Origin: a bacterium
Lineage (GTDB): Bacteria > Patescibacteriota > CPR2 > UBA1875 > JAJYID01
DNA: 64,000 bases
Direction of reading: 5' to 3'
NCBI GenBank assembly: GCA_030647205.1
Contig: JAUSJO010000002.1
Span: forward strand, 113,112-177,111
In this document: piece by piece, positions 37,716 through 48,099 of the stretch
Numbering within the stretch: the first letter of the stretch is position 1
Layout of the letters: each line of letters starts with the position of its first letter
The notes under the pieces: generated by a model
Told to the model about the DNA's origin: nothing
Seen by the model: only the letters and a program-made list of their open reading frames with translations
Databases searched by the model: none
Program-made: the position numbers and the translations under genes

Positions 37716-38697
37716 TTTCAGATATCCATTTAAAAATTTCTTTAGAGCTAATGTTTTTATTAATAAGCCACTTATACATAACAATTGGTTTAACTACTTT
37801 GTTTTGTAAATACCGTAGAAAGCCTTCTGTTTTAGTATAAATACTCTTGGAAGATAGAGATGTTGTAAACAAGAGCAATGAGCTGGGGCTAGGGGATAAG
37901 CCATAGGACTTTAAAAGGTATTGTCTGCCTTTTTTTAGATTGCCATCTAGACAAAGGTAATTACCAATTCTGAAAAAATATTTTGATTTTTCTTTTTTGT
38001 TTAGGGTCGTTTGGTTGGCATTAGGAAGCAACGATTTATATCTCTGAGAGATTATTTTAGGGTCTCTAGCATTGGTAATTGAATTTTGGTTTTCATGTCT
38101 AAAGTAGATAGTCAGTGGGTCTTCGATTAAGGGTACTTTGTCCAAGTTATTTTTAGTCAGGTACCGATAAAAAAAACCGAACTCATCAACACCATTTTGT
38201 TCTTGCATAAAATATCCTAGGTCATCAAAGACTTTTCTTTTTACTGCCCAATTAAGTGGTGCATGAGCCTCAATACTTAACATCTTTCTTCTTTTTGTAT
38301 CATATGTCCAGCCAAGGCTTGTTATAAATTCAATCTCCTGGTGCTCTTCCAGATAAGAGATCTTATTTGATATATTGTTTGGCAGATACATGTCATCTTG
38401 GTCAATGAACATAATATATTCGCCTACAGAAGCTTTTATAGCTTTAGTCCTTGGCAGGGCGGGTCCTCCGGAATTTGTGTTTGATTCAATCAATTTTATT
38501 CTTTTATCGTTAGAAGAGATGTCTTTAATGATTTTTACGGTTTTGTCATCTGAGCAATCATCAACAATGATCAGTTCCCAGTCCTTAAAGTTCTGTTTTA
38601 TAATGCTGCTGATTGCTCTAAATATAGTTGATTGCCCGTTAAATGTTGGCAGTATAACGGACACTAGTTTATGATTATGCGTGTTTTTCGTTTTCAT
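37693..38697 (-). CDS. glycosyltransferase family 2
   Basis: VSVILPTFNG...DDCSDD...FIDQDD GT-A motifs. Confidence 0.8.
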   Translation of the reverse strand: MKTKNTHNHKLVSVILPTFNGQSTIFRAISSIIKQNFKDWELIIVDDCSDDKTVKIIKDISSNDKRIKLIESNTNSGGPALPRTKAIKASVGEYIMFIDQDDMYLPNNISNKISYLEEHQEIEFITSLGWTYDTKRRKMLSIEAHAPLNWAVKRKVFDDLGYFMQEQNGVDEFGFFYRYLTKNNLDKVPLIEDPLTIYFRHENQNSITNARDPKIISQRYKSLLPNANQTTLNKKEKSKYFFRIGNYLCLDGNLKKGRQYLLKSYGLSPSPSSLLLFTTSLSSKSIYTKTEGFLRYLQNKVVKPIVMYKWLINKNISSKEIFKWISENEDTRNN

Positions 38698-38703
38698 TTT
38701 TGT

Positions 38704-39528
38704 TTATCTAACTAAAAATCTGACAATAAAATTCCTGCCTTTTCGAAATAACATTCTATAATCTCCTTTTTTGACGTATGGCAGGGAATATTCGATAATG
38801 TTTTTGGGGAAATATTTTAAATATGATCTGAAGTGTTTTTTTTGAATTTTTTTCCATCTTTTCCTATTGTTATTATGGGTTACATTGTCTCTCGAACCTT
38901 TATGTTTTCTATAAAGGTGGAGGGGATTGTCTATATAAAATCCTCTTGATCCTGTTTCTGCCATTGATAGCCAAAGATCCCAATCCTCCGGCGTATCTTC
39001 CATGGAGATATCTATGCCTCCCGAGATATCATAAGCCTCTCTTTTCATAACAGATGCTCCGCCAATATAATTATATAGAAACAGTAAGCCAGGAGAAAAA
39101 GTCGTCGATTTTTGAATAATATTGCTATCACCGAACAATTTCATTGATGTATAGACAATATCTATATTCGGCTTTTTTTTGAAAGCATCGATACATGTGA
39201 TAAGGTACTTTTTATCAAGTATATCATCCGAGTCCATAAACATAAGGTATTCTCCTTTTGCTAGATTAGCACCTTTGATCTTAGAATAGCATACACCTTT
39301 GTTCTCTTGGTTTTTATATAGTTTTATTTGCTTATTTTTAGTATATTTTTTTAGCACTTCTTCTGTATTATCTGTTGAACCATCGTCAACAATAATTAAC
39401 TCAAAATTTTTATAAGCTTGGTTTAACACCGAAGCTATTGCTTCATCAATAAAAGGTCCATAGTTATAAGTTGGCATAACAATGCTCACATTATCCTTTT
39501 TGTATCTATTTTGTTCTTTTATAGTCAT
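38704..39528 (-). CDS. glycosyltransferase family 2
   Basis: VSIVMPTYN...DDGSTD...FMDSDD motifs. Confidence 0.8.
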   Translation of the reverse strand: MTIKEQNRYKKDNVSIVMPTYNYGPFIDEAIASVLNQAYKNFELIIVDDGSTDNTEEVLKKYTKNKQIKLYKNQENKGVCYSKIKGANLAKGEYLMFMDSDDILDKKYLITCIDAFKKKPNIDIVYTSMKLFGDSNIIQKSTTFSPGLLFLYNYIGGASVMKREAYDISGGIDISMEDTPEDWDLWLSMAETGSRGFYIDNPLHLYRKHKGSRDNVTHNNNRKRWKKIQKKHFRSYLKYFPKNIIEYSLPYVKKGDYRMLFRKGRNFIVRFLVR

Positions 39529-40799
39529 TAATTCTCTTGAATTTTTAAATAAAAATAATATTGAATTATAAACACCAACCCAACTGCTATGAGGGTAGAG
39601 ATGGCTGCTCCGTTTAAAGAATATTTAGGAATGAGAAGGAAGTTTAGTATTAGATTAACAGCTGCTCCCCAAAGAGTTGCCTTAAAAATATTTTTCTGTA
39701 AATGTGCAGCAATCAAAGTTTGGGATAAAGGATATATTAGTATTGTTAGGAAGGCCATAATCATGAGGATTTGAAACGGTAAAACTGACTGTAGATAATC
39801 TGGCCCAAATATTAGATGAATGATTTGGCTTGCGCATAGAATACCAATTGTTAAAGTAGCCAAAGCTAAAATAAAAGAGATTTTAAGATAAGATTTTCCT
39901 ATGTTTTTAAATCTTTTCATTGATTTGGAGTAGGTGGCGTTAATTTCTGGCGCAAAACTCCTATTTATCAAAAATGCCGGTAAGAGTGCAACTCCTATGA
40001 CTCTATAAGCGGCGTTATACCAACCAACTTGTGTTATTTGTCCATAGTAGCCCATCATGACAGAGTCCATGTCATTGTAGATCATTGAAAAAATACTGGT
40101 GAGGATAAGGGGCCAAGACATTAGAATATACTTTTGCCAAATATCGATTGATATTTTTGCTTTATTTTTTTTATTTCTCTTTAAAATATAAAGTATTGTT
40201 ATATATATGGCTGCCGCTGATCCTGATAAGGCATAACTTATACTTAGACTTGTAGATGATTTGAACTGACTCAGTAAAAAAAAGCCAAGAGATACGACCA
40301 GAAAAGCTTGGATAACTTTAGCTAAAGACTCGTAGTTCATTTTCTGTTTTGCTTGAAAAAATGCAAAGAAAAAATCACTAATGCTATTTGTAATCATAAA
40401 CACTGATAGAATTAGGATCGATCTTTCTACCAAAGTATCAGTTATAGTTAGTTTACTGATTATAAAAACGGCTGTTAGCACAACAAATGACAGTGCGAAT
40501 TTTAACCATAATACACTCTCAAATTCGTTCTCACCTTTCTTGTTCTGCGAAATTTCCCTTGAGGTTATTTGTGAAAGTCCCAAATCTGCGAAGACAGTAA
40601 AGATCATTACGAAAGATAAAGCAAAGGAAAATTGACCAAAGCCAGTTGGTCCTAGTATTCTGGTTGCATAGACTATTAGAGCGAACTTGGAAAGTCTAGT
40701 GATTAGCTCGGCTATTGACAACCATATAGTGTTTTTGGTGATAGTTCTTTTCTCCTGGGTTCCGAAAAGCATTCTTTTAACTGTTTCTACTACTGTCAT
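39528..40799 (-). CDS. wzx: oligosaccharide flippase (Wzx / polysaccharide biosynthesis family)
   Basis: ~12 TM, 423 aa, MOP-superfamily pattern. Confidence 0.7.
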   Translation of the reverse strand: MTVVETVKRMLFGTQEKRTITKNTIWLSIAELITRLSKFALIVYATRILGPTGFGQFSFALSFVMIFTVFADLGLSQITSREISQNKKGENEFESVLWLKFALSFVVLTAVFIISKLTITDTLVERSILILSVFMITNSISDFFFAFFQAKQKMNYESLAKVIQAFLVVSLGFFLLSQFKSSTSLSISYALSGSAAAIYITILYILKRNKKNKAKISIDIWQKYILMSWPLILTSIFSMIYNDMDSVMMGYYGQITQVGWYNAAYRVIGVALLPAFLINRSFAPEINATYSKSMKRFKNIGKSYLKISFILALATLTIGILCASQIIHLIFGPDYLQSVLPFQILMIMAFLTILIYPLSQTLIAAHLQKNIFKATLWGAAVNLILNFLLIPKYSLNGAAISTLIAVGLVFIIQYYFYLKIQEN

Positions 40800-40800
40800 G

Positions 40801-42153
40801 CTATCTACCTGCTGCTTTAAATATCTGGTGCACAGTCTTTAATATGATCTTTAGATCCATAAAGAAATTTCTATTTTTGATGTAGTAAAGTTCATACTCT
40901 AACTTTTCTCTCGCATCATCGGTGGTTGTTTCATAGAAAGAACGGATTTGTGTCATGCCCGTTATACCTGGTTTGACAAGATGCCTAATTGAATAAAAAG
41001 GTATTTCTTTTGATAGTTTTTCTTCAAACTCAGGTCTCTCAGGCCTTGGACCGACCAAAGACATGTTACCTACGAGAACATTTAAGAGTTGAGGGATCTC
41101 GTCAAGGTGTGTACGGCGAAGGAAGCCGCCAACTCCTGTGACACGCGGATCATTCGGTTCAGCCCATTGGGGCCCGTTCTTCTCGGCATTTTTAACCATA
41201 GTCCGAAACTTTATAATTTTAAAGTTTTTGCCCGATATCCCCACCCTTGTTTGCTTGAATAAGATAGGTCCAGGGCTCGTTATTTTAACAGCGATAATTA
41301 TAAAAGGGACAATTGGCAGGAAAACAGTTCCAAGGAGGAGGCTTACAAAAAAATCAAATCCTCTCTTAACTATCTCTTGGATTTTCTTTTCACCTTTTGC
41401 AAGATTTTCTAAAAACCAAAACTCATCAAGTGCGTCTAGGCTAACTTTTGAGTTAATATCTTCATAAAATCTGTTTAAAGACAAAAACTCTATGTTGAGC
41501 GGGATGCTGTTATATAGACTACTGACACTTTCTTTGGTCAGATGTGGGTTCAGGCTTGAAATAACAACCTTAACTTTGTTTTTGGACAAGAAGTCAAAAA
41601 GTTGTCCATGGTCAGGTATTACTTTTACTCTGTCTTTTCCAAGATTGACTTTTTCAGTAGGGGCGAAAGCGACTATCTTGTATCCTGTGTGAGGATTATT
41701 ACGAAGAAACTCCGATACTTTTTGGTAGTATTTCTCATTGCCTAGAAAAAGAGCTTTTTTCGAAGGAAGAGTTAGCTTCAAGGCTTTCGCCATGAAAAGT
41801 CTGGAGGGCAGGAAAAGAAATGTAAAAAGAAATGTAAAAAGAAAGAGGTTGGTTTTAGGGGCGATAGGTGTTTGGAAGAAATAAAAGAGAGTTATGGCGA
41901 GAGTAAAGTTTATCGCCATAACTTTCAAAGTTTTAGAGAAAAGATCGGTTTTATTCCTCCAGTAGTCGAGCTCGTATAGGTCAGAGGCGTAAAAGCTGAA
42001 AATAAGGATTAAAAATAAAATAGAAAAAAGTTTGTAGTGCAAGTTCCAGTTATAGAGAAAATCTGACGGATATCTTATCACTATAAATAGAGCCAAGCTT
42101 CCATAGAAAACAAACAAATCACTCAAAAGTATGGCGAACTTCTTTAAGCCCAT
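40801..42153 (-). CDS. undecaprenyl-phosphate sugar phosphotransferase (WbaP/bacterial sugar transferase)
   Basis: C-terminal catalytic domain FKIIKFRTM...GPRPERPEF...KPGITG. Confidence 0.85.
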   Translation of the reverse strand: MGLKKFAILLSDLFVFYGSLALFIVIRYPSDFLYNWNLHYKLFSILFLILIFSFYASDLYELDYWRNKTDLFSKTLKVMAINFTLAITLFYFFQTPIAPKTNLFLFTFLFTFLFLPSRLFMAKALKLTLPSKKALFLGNEKYYQKVSEFLRNNPHTGYKIVAFAPTEKVNLGKDRVKVIPDHGQLFDFLSKNKVKVVISSLNPHLTKESVSSLYNSIPLNIEFLSLNRFYEDINSKVSLDALDEFWFLENLAKGEKKIQEIVKRGFDFFVSLLLGTVFLPIVPFIIIAVKITSPGPILFKQTRVGISGKNFKIIKFRTMVKNAEKNGPQWAEPNDPRVTGVGGFLRRTHLDEIPQLLNVLVGNMSLVGPRPERPEFEEKLSKEIPFYSIRHLVKPGITGMTQIRSFYETTTDDAREKLEYELYYIKNRNFFMDLKIILKTVHQIFKAAGR

Positions 42154-42251
42154 TTTAAATCCTTTTTAGTAAGTACCTGATATTATAGCTAAAAAACTTA
42201 TACTTGTCAGGTGTGTTCTGTCCGTTACTCACATTATATGTAGGGGTTGTA

Positions 42252-44672
42252 TCACTTTCTTAGGGAGTCTATTGCCTTTAAAACGCCGTCTATATCTTGT
42301 TTAGACTCGGGGTCGATGATAGCTATCTTTTTTGCCACTTCGCTTGCTTTGTCTAGTTCCCTTAAATTCATCTCGAACAAAACTATTTGAAAGAGCAGAT
42401 CAGTATCAGAACTTTCTGCTATATATCGATCAATCTCTCTTTCGTAATTTCTCAAAACAATCTCTCGGTAGATAGCAACTCTCTCAAGGGAAATGGCTTT
42501 ACGTGACTCATCCAAGAGACATTGAGTTAGTATGTTCCGTTTGCCATCCACATTTTTTTGATTTAATGATTTTCCCAAATAAATTTTGAAGTTTTTCTCC
42601 GATTTCTCCCTATCTCCTTGTTTTAAGGCTATCTCAAAAAGATGTTTGCTTGTCTCGGGATTCTCGGGGGGGTCGAAGTTTTTAACCTTGTCTAAAACCT
42701 GATAAGCCTTATCGTACTCATTATTATTTGCATAAAAGGTGGCCAGATCATAGTATCCGGAGAGCAGTTTCGGACTTTTTTGCAAAAGTTTTTCATAGTT
42801 TTGAATGGCAATGTTATGATATTCAGCCTTTTTGTCGGAAGCCATTATGTATATTTGTCCCCAGGCGATGAGGGGATATGTTCTAAGGCTCCCGATCTTT
42901 ACTAGCTGTTTTTCTTCTAAGTCAAAGAAAGCCCAAAAAAGTTTGTCGTTTTTTTGTCTTGATAGCAAATCAAATGTATCTAAAACTGCCTTATCCACTT
43001 CTTGTCCGTTCAAGACAGATAAGCTTAAAGATTTTTTATAAAGGTCTACCGCTTCTTCAAAATGCTGTTGATTAACAGCATTGATTGCTCTGTTGAAATA
43101 ATACGAGGCAAGAGCCGGCTTGAAGTTGAATGACCACATAGATACAGTGATCACGTAAAATGCTGTAATGATAGCTATTATTTTCAAGGGTCCGGAGAGA
43201 AATCTGTATCGCTTGAAGTCTATCTTTTTATCGGAAAAGGCGTTTGCCACAAAAGAGGATCTCTCTTTTTTATCATAAAAGTTTACTTCCTTTGTTATAA
43301 AGACCAAAATCAGAAAAAAGAAGATGTAGGAAACTATAGTATCAAAAACGAAAAGATTCTGAATGAAATAAGCAAAAAGCAGACCGACCAAAGAGGCCAT
43401 AGCAAGCGGTGGCGAACGCAGAGCCTGTTTTTTGCCGGAGGTTTCTTTTTTTATAATCTTTAAAAGAGCGAAGGTGACCGCTGCAAAAATACCTAAGTAA
43501 GCTATGAGTCCAACTATGCCTTGGGTGACTGCAGTATCAACTACTATATTGTGAGCTTTATCGAAGTGAGCTCCGCTAAGACCTTCTCCCTCATATAGTT
43601 TTGGATCGTAGTATCTGATGTACGCCATTTTAAAGTTGTCTACCCCCCACCCTAAAATAGGTTTTTCCTTAAAAGCGTCATAAGAAAGTCTCCAAAGAGT
43701 GAAACGCCTGTTTCCTTCAGAAAGGGTAATTTTGGAGACAAACTTAAGGGGAGTGCTTTTGACCAGGCTTGAGTCTTTGTTTTGATAGGCGAAAAGAGTG
43801 AGCATTGATACGATTGCTATAAAAGAAACTGTCACAATAAACAAGCGGCTTCGGAAAAACTTTTGCTTCGTGGAAAATTTTTTATAGACAAAAATAGTAA
43901 AGAAGACAAACATTCCTCCCAAAAGGCCTATCATACCTCCCCTTGTTCCTGTCAGCAGAAGGGTTGTTATAAGAATCCCGAAACACAAAAAATAAATGAT
44001 TTTCTCCAGATTCCGGTTTGTTTTTAATGCTAAAAATAATGAGATGAATATATTGGATATCAAGTAAGAAGCAAAAAAGCTGGGATGCTGCATAGTTCCT
44101 TGGATTCTGCTCATTGTCGCTAAAATACGAAAATTATTCTCAACGATTGCGCTGAAGGAAACCGCCAGCGCAATGATTACAGAGAACTTAAATAGATTTA
44201 TAAAAAATTTATTGTCAAAGACAGTAAAAATAATCGCAAAAAAGATAAAAAGATGAGACAGAGTCAAAAATCCCAGCATTCTCTGGACATCTGAAAAAAA
44301 GCTAAAACTAGGATCGGCGCTAAACATTGTAGAAACGATAACGGAAAACATAAATGTGGCAATAAAGGAAACGATGGCTAGGCTTATCCCACGCAGTTTT
44401 TTCCATGGCTCTCTCCATCTTGGCTTAAAAAGCAGTAGCCACAACCACGGTAGTGCCATGATCTCAATAATGATCCTGAAAGCAAAAACTTTATCCTGAG
44501 AGCCCGTTATTAAAAGACCGGAGGCAACAAGAGGCAACGCAAGGATAGATAATGTACCAATTTTCAGCAGTAAAACACAAAAATATTCTGCACCGAACAT
44601 AGTGCTGTCATTGGTTTTTTTGTTAGGAAAAATCATTAAAATACTTTTCTTAAGGGATTGATTGATAGCCAT
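42252..44672 (-). CDS. O-antigen ligase (Wzy_C) domain membrane protein with C-terminal TPR repeats; candidate pilin O-oligosaccharyltransferase
   Basis: Polytopic N-terminal half with a Wzy_C-like region, then ~300 aa of TPR-like repeats. The ORF-track N-terminal 63 aa are the antisense of the pilin gene and are excluded. Confidence 0.65.
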   Translation of the reverse strand: MAINQSLKKSILMIFPNKKTNDSTMFGAEYFCVLLLKIGTLSILALPLVASGLLITGSQDKVFAFRIIIEIMALPWLWLLLFKPRWREPWKKLRGISLAIVSFIATFMFSVIVSTMFSADPSFSFFSDVQRMLGFLTLSHLFIFFAIIFTVFDNKFFINLFKFSVIIALAVSFSAIVENNFRILATMSRIQGTMQHPSFFASYLISNIFISLFLALKTNRNLEKIIYFLCFGILITTLLLTGTRGGMIGLLGGMFVFFTIFVYKKFSTKQKFFRSRLFIVTVSFIAIVSMLTLFAYQNKDSSLVKSTPLKFVSKITLSEGNRRFTLWRLSYDAFKEKPILGWGVDNFKMAYIRYYDPKLYEGEGLSGAHFDKAHNIVVDTAVTQGIVGLIAYLGIFAAVTFALLKIIKKETSGKKQALRSPPLAMASLVGLLFAYFIQNLFVFDTIVSYIFFFLILVFITKEVNFYDKKERSSFVANAFSDKKIDFKRYRFLSGPLKIIAIITAFYVITVSMWSFNFKPALASYYFNRAINAVNQQHFEEAVDLYKKSLSLSVLNGQEVDKAVLDTFDLLSRQKNDKLFWAFFDLEEKQLVKIGSLRTYPLIAWGQIYIMASDKKAEYHNIAIQNYEKLLQKSPKLLSGYYDLATFYANNNEYDKAYQVLDKVKNFDPPENPETSKHLFEIALKQGDREKSEKNFKIYLGKSLNQKNVDGKRNILTQCLLDESRKAISLERVAIYREIVLRNYEREIDRYIAESSDTDLLFQIVLFEMNLRELDKASEVAKKIAIIDPESKQDIDGVLKAIDSLRK

Positions 44673-44760
44673 AATCAGATATTTATCCACACTAAACTTA
44701 CTGTTTTTACTTGCAAAGTATAACATAACTGGTTTATTATTGCATAAAGAGGGTCTTAAA

Positions 44761-45369
44761 ATGAAAAAAAGTGCATCGCAAAAAGGTTTTACGCTTATTG
44801 AACTAGTTGTTGTTATGACTGTGCTGGCGTTTTTAGCAACACTAGTAGTTGGGGCAATCATTATAGGTCAGAGACAGTCAAAAAATACAAAGTATTTAAA
44901 TGATGCCAAAGATATAAAGGCTGCGCTTGAAGCCTATCGTATAAACGAACAGAGTCGTGGATTTTCGGGGAAGTATCCATATTGTGAGACTTGTGGTGGC
45001 GGCGCGGGGGCTAACTATAGTAGGATTAACGCATATGATCTTTTAAACCCTACCTTAACAACAAAGACAGCAGGACAAGCCGCGGGGGATTTGACGCCTT
45101 ACGTGGGTTCGGACGTCACGGGTCCGGCTGATAGGATATGTTATAGTTCATATGGCACGAGTCCATATGGAGGGGATTACTGGTTTTGGATTATAACCGA
45201 AGAAGAGGCGAAGGATCATGTGTGCCGTTGTCCATCGCCTAATCCGGGTTCCTTAAAGTGTGGTTATTATACTGCTGCCGAAGGCAGTAAGATACACTGT
45301 CCTAAAGCAGTTGCTGACGATCCACAAAAGAGTATAGATAACGGTTGTTTCAAAGAAAAAAGCTTTTAA
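44761..45369 (+). CDS. type IV pilin-like protein with Cys-rich C-terminal domain
   Basis: MKKSASQK-GFTLIELVVVMTVLAFLA prepilin N-terminus. C-terminal domain with ~10 Cys. Confidence 0.75.
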   Translation: MKKSASQKGFTLIELVVVMTVLAFLATLVVGAIIIGQRQSKNTKYLNDAKDIKAALEAYRINEQSRGFSGKYPYCETCGGGAGANYSRINAYDLLNPTLTTKTAGQAAGDLTPYVGSDVTGPADRICYSSYGTSPYGGDYWFWIITEEEAKDHVCRCPSPNPGSLKCGYYTAAEGSKIHCPKAVADDPQKSIDNGCFKEKSF

Positions 45370-45405
45370 ATATTGTTTAATTACGTTTTAGTATAAAGTG
45401 AACTT

Positions 45406-46206
45406 ATGTTATATGTAATTTTATTCTCACTGTTTTTTCTTGGCCTTATCGTTGGTAGTTTTTTAAATGTGGTTGTTTATCGGCTAGAAGATAAAAAAAG
45501 GAAGAATATAAGAGGCCGTTCTTTTTGCCCTCACTGCAGGGAGAAAATTAAAGCCTATGATTTGGTCCCTGTTTTATCCTGGATTATATTAAAAGGAAAA
45601 TGCCGAAGCTGCAAAAAGGAGATTTCTGTCCAATATCCTTTGGTAGAGCTTGCTACCGGCTTGGTTTTTGCTGTCCTTGGCTATATTTTTCTCCAGGGAT
45701 TGACTTTTTCAATAGCGAGTTTAGTAAATTTGGTTTTTTGGTTCTTTTTTACTGGATGCGTCATAACGGTCTTTGTTTATGACTTAAAGCACCAAATCAT
45801 ACCTGATGAGATCATTTACACTGCCTTGGTCGTAGCGTTAGTATTTGTTGGCTTAAATACCGGACTCACCGACAACTTCGAATATTTAACAGAACATCTT
45901 CTTGCCGGTTTTCTCGCCGGTGGGTTTTTCTACTCTTTGGCAGCTGTTTCAAAAGGTAAATGGATGGGCGGTGGAGATATTAAACTGGTGGCATTTATGG
46001 GGCTGGTGCTTGGCTGGAAGGGGGCGATCATCGCACTTTATACAGCGTTTATTCTAGGAGCACTTATAGGATCTTTCTTTTTACTGACTGGCAGGAAAAA
46101 GATGGGTTCAAAAATACCCTTTGGGCCGTTTCTGGTGATTGGAACATTTATAGGACTTCTTTTTGGTGAACAAATCGTTAACTTTTATGTTAGTATGTTT
46201 ATGTAA
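45406..46206 (+). CDS. pilD: prepilin peptidase (A24 family) PilD
   Basis: CPHC...CRSC zinc motif, polytopic, two catalytic Asp regions. Confidence 0.9.
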   Translation: MLYVILFSLFFLGLIVGSFLNVVVYRLEDKKRKNIRGRSFCPHCREKIKAYDLVPVLSWIILKGKCRSCKKEISVQYPLVELATGLVFAVLGYIFLQGLTFSIASLVNLVFWFFFTGCVITVFVYDLKHQIIPDEIIYTALVVALVFVGLNTGLTDNFEYLTEHLLAGFLAGGFFYSLAAVSKGKWMGGGDIKLVAFMGLVLGWKGAIIALYTAFILGALIGSFFLLTGRKKMGSKIPFGPFLVIGTFIGLLFGEQIVNFYVSMFM

Positions 46207-46226
46207 CTTTTTAAAAGAGGGTGAAA

Positions 46227-46709
46227 ATGGTTGATTTAAAAGGTAAAAAAGGCTTTACACTCATCGAAATAGTTGTAGTTATGACGATTATCGCTGTTCT
46301 TGCAGCGCTTGTTGTCGGGGCTATTATGATCTCCAAAAGAATGGCTACCGAAACTGCAAATAGACAGAACGCCCGGACAATTCGCACCTGTCTTGAGGCA
46401 TACTCCGCTAAATATAAAAAATTTTGCGGTGGTGGCATAGATCCCGGTGGGTTTCGTCTATTGTGCAATCAGACGTACAGCTTTAAAGGAGCGGTATATG
46501 CTTTGTCTGATCCTAATAATCAAATACAGTGCTCATTGGGTAGCGGAGCTACGAATATCACCGATAATTCAGGAGACCCATCATTTTGGACATGGCCAAA
46601 TGGCGGAGGGAGTATTATAGCAACCGAGCAGAGCTATATAATCAAAACCAGTAATGCCGCTGGGGATGCTCAGCCCGGAGGGGTGATAGATACCGCTACA
46701 TATCCTTAG
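46227..46709 (+). CDS. type IV pilin
   Basis: MVDLKGKK-GFTLIEIVVVMTIIAVLA. Confidence 0.8.
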   Translation: MVDLKGKKGFTLIEIVVVMTIIAVLAALVVGAIMISKRMATETANRQNARTIRTCLEAYSAKYKKFCGGGIDPGGFRLLCNQTYSFKGAVYALSDPNNQIQCSLGSGATNITDNSGDPSFWTWPNGGGSIIATEQSYIIKTSNAAGDAQPGGVIDTATYP

Positions 46710-46809
46710 CCGTACAAGTTTAGTGGATAAAAACAAGATATTTATGCTACTATAGATATAAGTGAATTTATGATAGCCATGAGTTAGAAACTATAAAGGA
46801 AGTATTGTT

Positions 46810-47550
46810 ATGTGGAGGGTTCCAAAAAGTAAAAAAAAGCTTGTCTCAAAAAGCAACGGGGGATATACGCTGGTGGAGATGATAGTGATTATGGCGATAT
46901 TATCTGTAATTATGATTCTATCTTTTGGCGCATACGGTAGTTCAAGGAAAGGGCAGTATGTCCAGAATATAACCACTCTTACACAACTCGGTAGCAGAGA
47001 AGTGTTTTCGGATGTTATTTCTACAAAAAAAATAGATGGCAATGGAGGCAACTGCGCTAACAGGGCTCCTCAACTGAAGGCGTTACGCGTCAAGCTTGGA
47101 GAGTCTTTTAACCCTCTTGATAAAGTATCTCTTTGCATAGGTAGTGCGGGCATACTTACAACAAGCGCTCCAGAGGCCCTGGACGGATCGATGACATATA
47201 ATGAAAAAGTAGTGGCCAAGTTTAGCGGAACGGTTAACGGTACTACTATAAGCGATGCGCAGCAAGGTTCTGTATATTTGGTTTTTACAAGTCCATTTGG
47301 CCAATACCATGCTTTTTATGATGATGCGGGGACTGATCCTGACTTTCTCTTATATCTTGGTATCCCCGATACGGGGATGGGCCTAACACCACAATGGCAA
47401 AACGTAGACAATAGAAACTTTGTCTATCTCCCGGTTAATACTGACAAAGAGGTACAGACAGACATGACCATTAAAATAAGCCTGGCAAGTAACGGCGGTA
47501 TTACAAATGATATCATAGTAAGTAGTGTTGGTAATGCGAAAGTAAAATAA
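46810..47550 (+). CDS. minor pilin / pseudopilin
   Basis: GGYTLVEMIVIMAIL prepilin-type N-terminus. Confidence 0.7.
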   Translation: MWRVPKSKKKLVSKSNGGYTLVEMIVIMAILSVIMILSFGAYGSSRKGQYVQNITTLTQLGSREVFSDVISTKKIDGNGGNCANRAPQLKALRVKLGESFNPLDKVSLCIGSAGILTTSAPEALDGSMTYNEKVVAKFSGTVNGTTISDAQQGSVYLVFTSPFGQYHAFYDDAGTDPDFLLYLGIPDTGMGLTPQWQNVDNRNFVYLPVNTDKEVQTDMTIKISLASNGGITNDIIVSSVGNAKVK

Positions 47551-47553
47551 AAT

Positions 47554-48099
47554 ATGAAATCATTTTTGCAAAACATAAAAAGTAAAGGAGGGCAAAGCTT
47601 GGTCGAAGTGGTAGTCGCCATGGGTATTATCGGCATTTCTATGGCTGCCATGATGAACTTAGTGGCTGCCTCTGGTAAGGTGATTTATCAGTCAGAGGAT
47701 AGCACGAAGGCCAGTGTTTTGGCTACTGAAGCTATAGAGATCGTTCGCAACAACAGTGTTAGTGGTTGCGGATTAAGCCCGGACCCTGCTAATGCGGCAG
47801 GAGGAGTCGTCTTTTTTGTGAAATCAGATACAGTAGACAACTCAAGTCCCTATAACAACGACCAGTCATTGGTACCTACCGGTTCAGGCAATGGCGATAA
47901 AATAGATAATTTTAGCGGTTTTTCAAGACAAATATTGGTATGGCAAATGAAACCCGGCTCATTCAATGGCTATGATTTCAATAAATTTTCCGCTGCTCCG
48001 TTGAGTCTGGATCTTACCAAATATTATTTTGTTGAAGTTACAATCCGAAAGAATGGTACAGAGGCCTTAAAAAGTAGTTCAATAATCTATAAAAGATGA
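47554..48099 (+). CDS. minor pilin / pseudopilin (PilV-like)
   Basis: GGQSLVEVVVAMGIIG N-terminus. Confidence 0.7.
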   Translation: MKSFLQNIKSKGGQSLVEVVVAMGIIGISMAAMMNLVAASGKVIYQSEDSTKASVLATEAIEIVRNNSVSGCGLSPDPANAAGGVVFFVKSDTVDNSSPYNNDQSLVPTGSGNGDKIDNFSGFSRQILVWQMKPGSFNGYDFNKFSAAPLSLDLTKYYFVEVTIRKNGTEALKSSSIIYKR

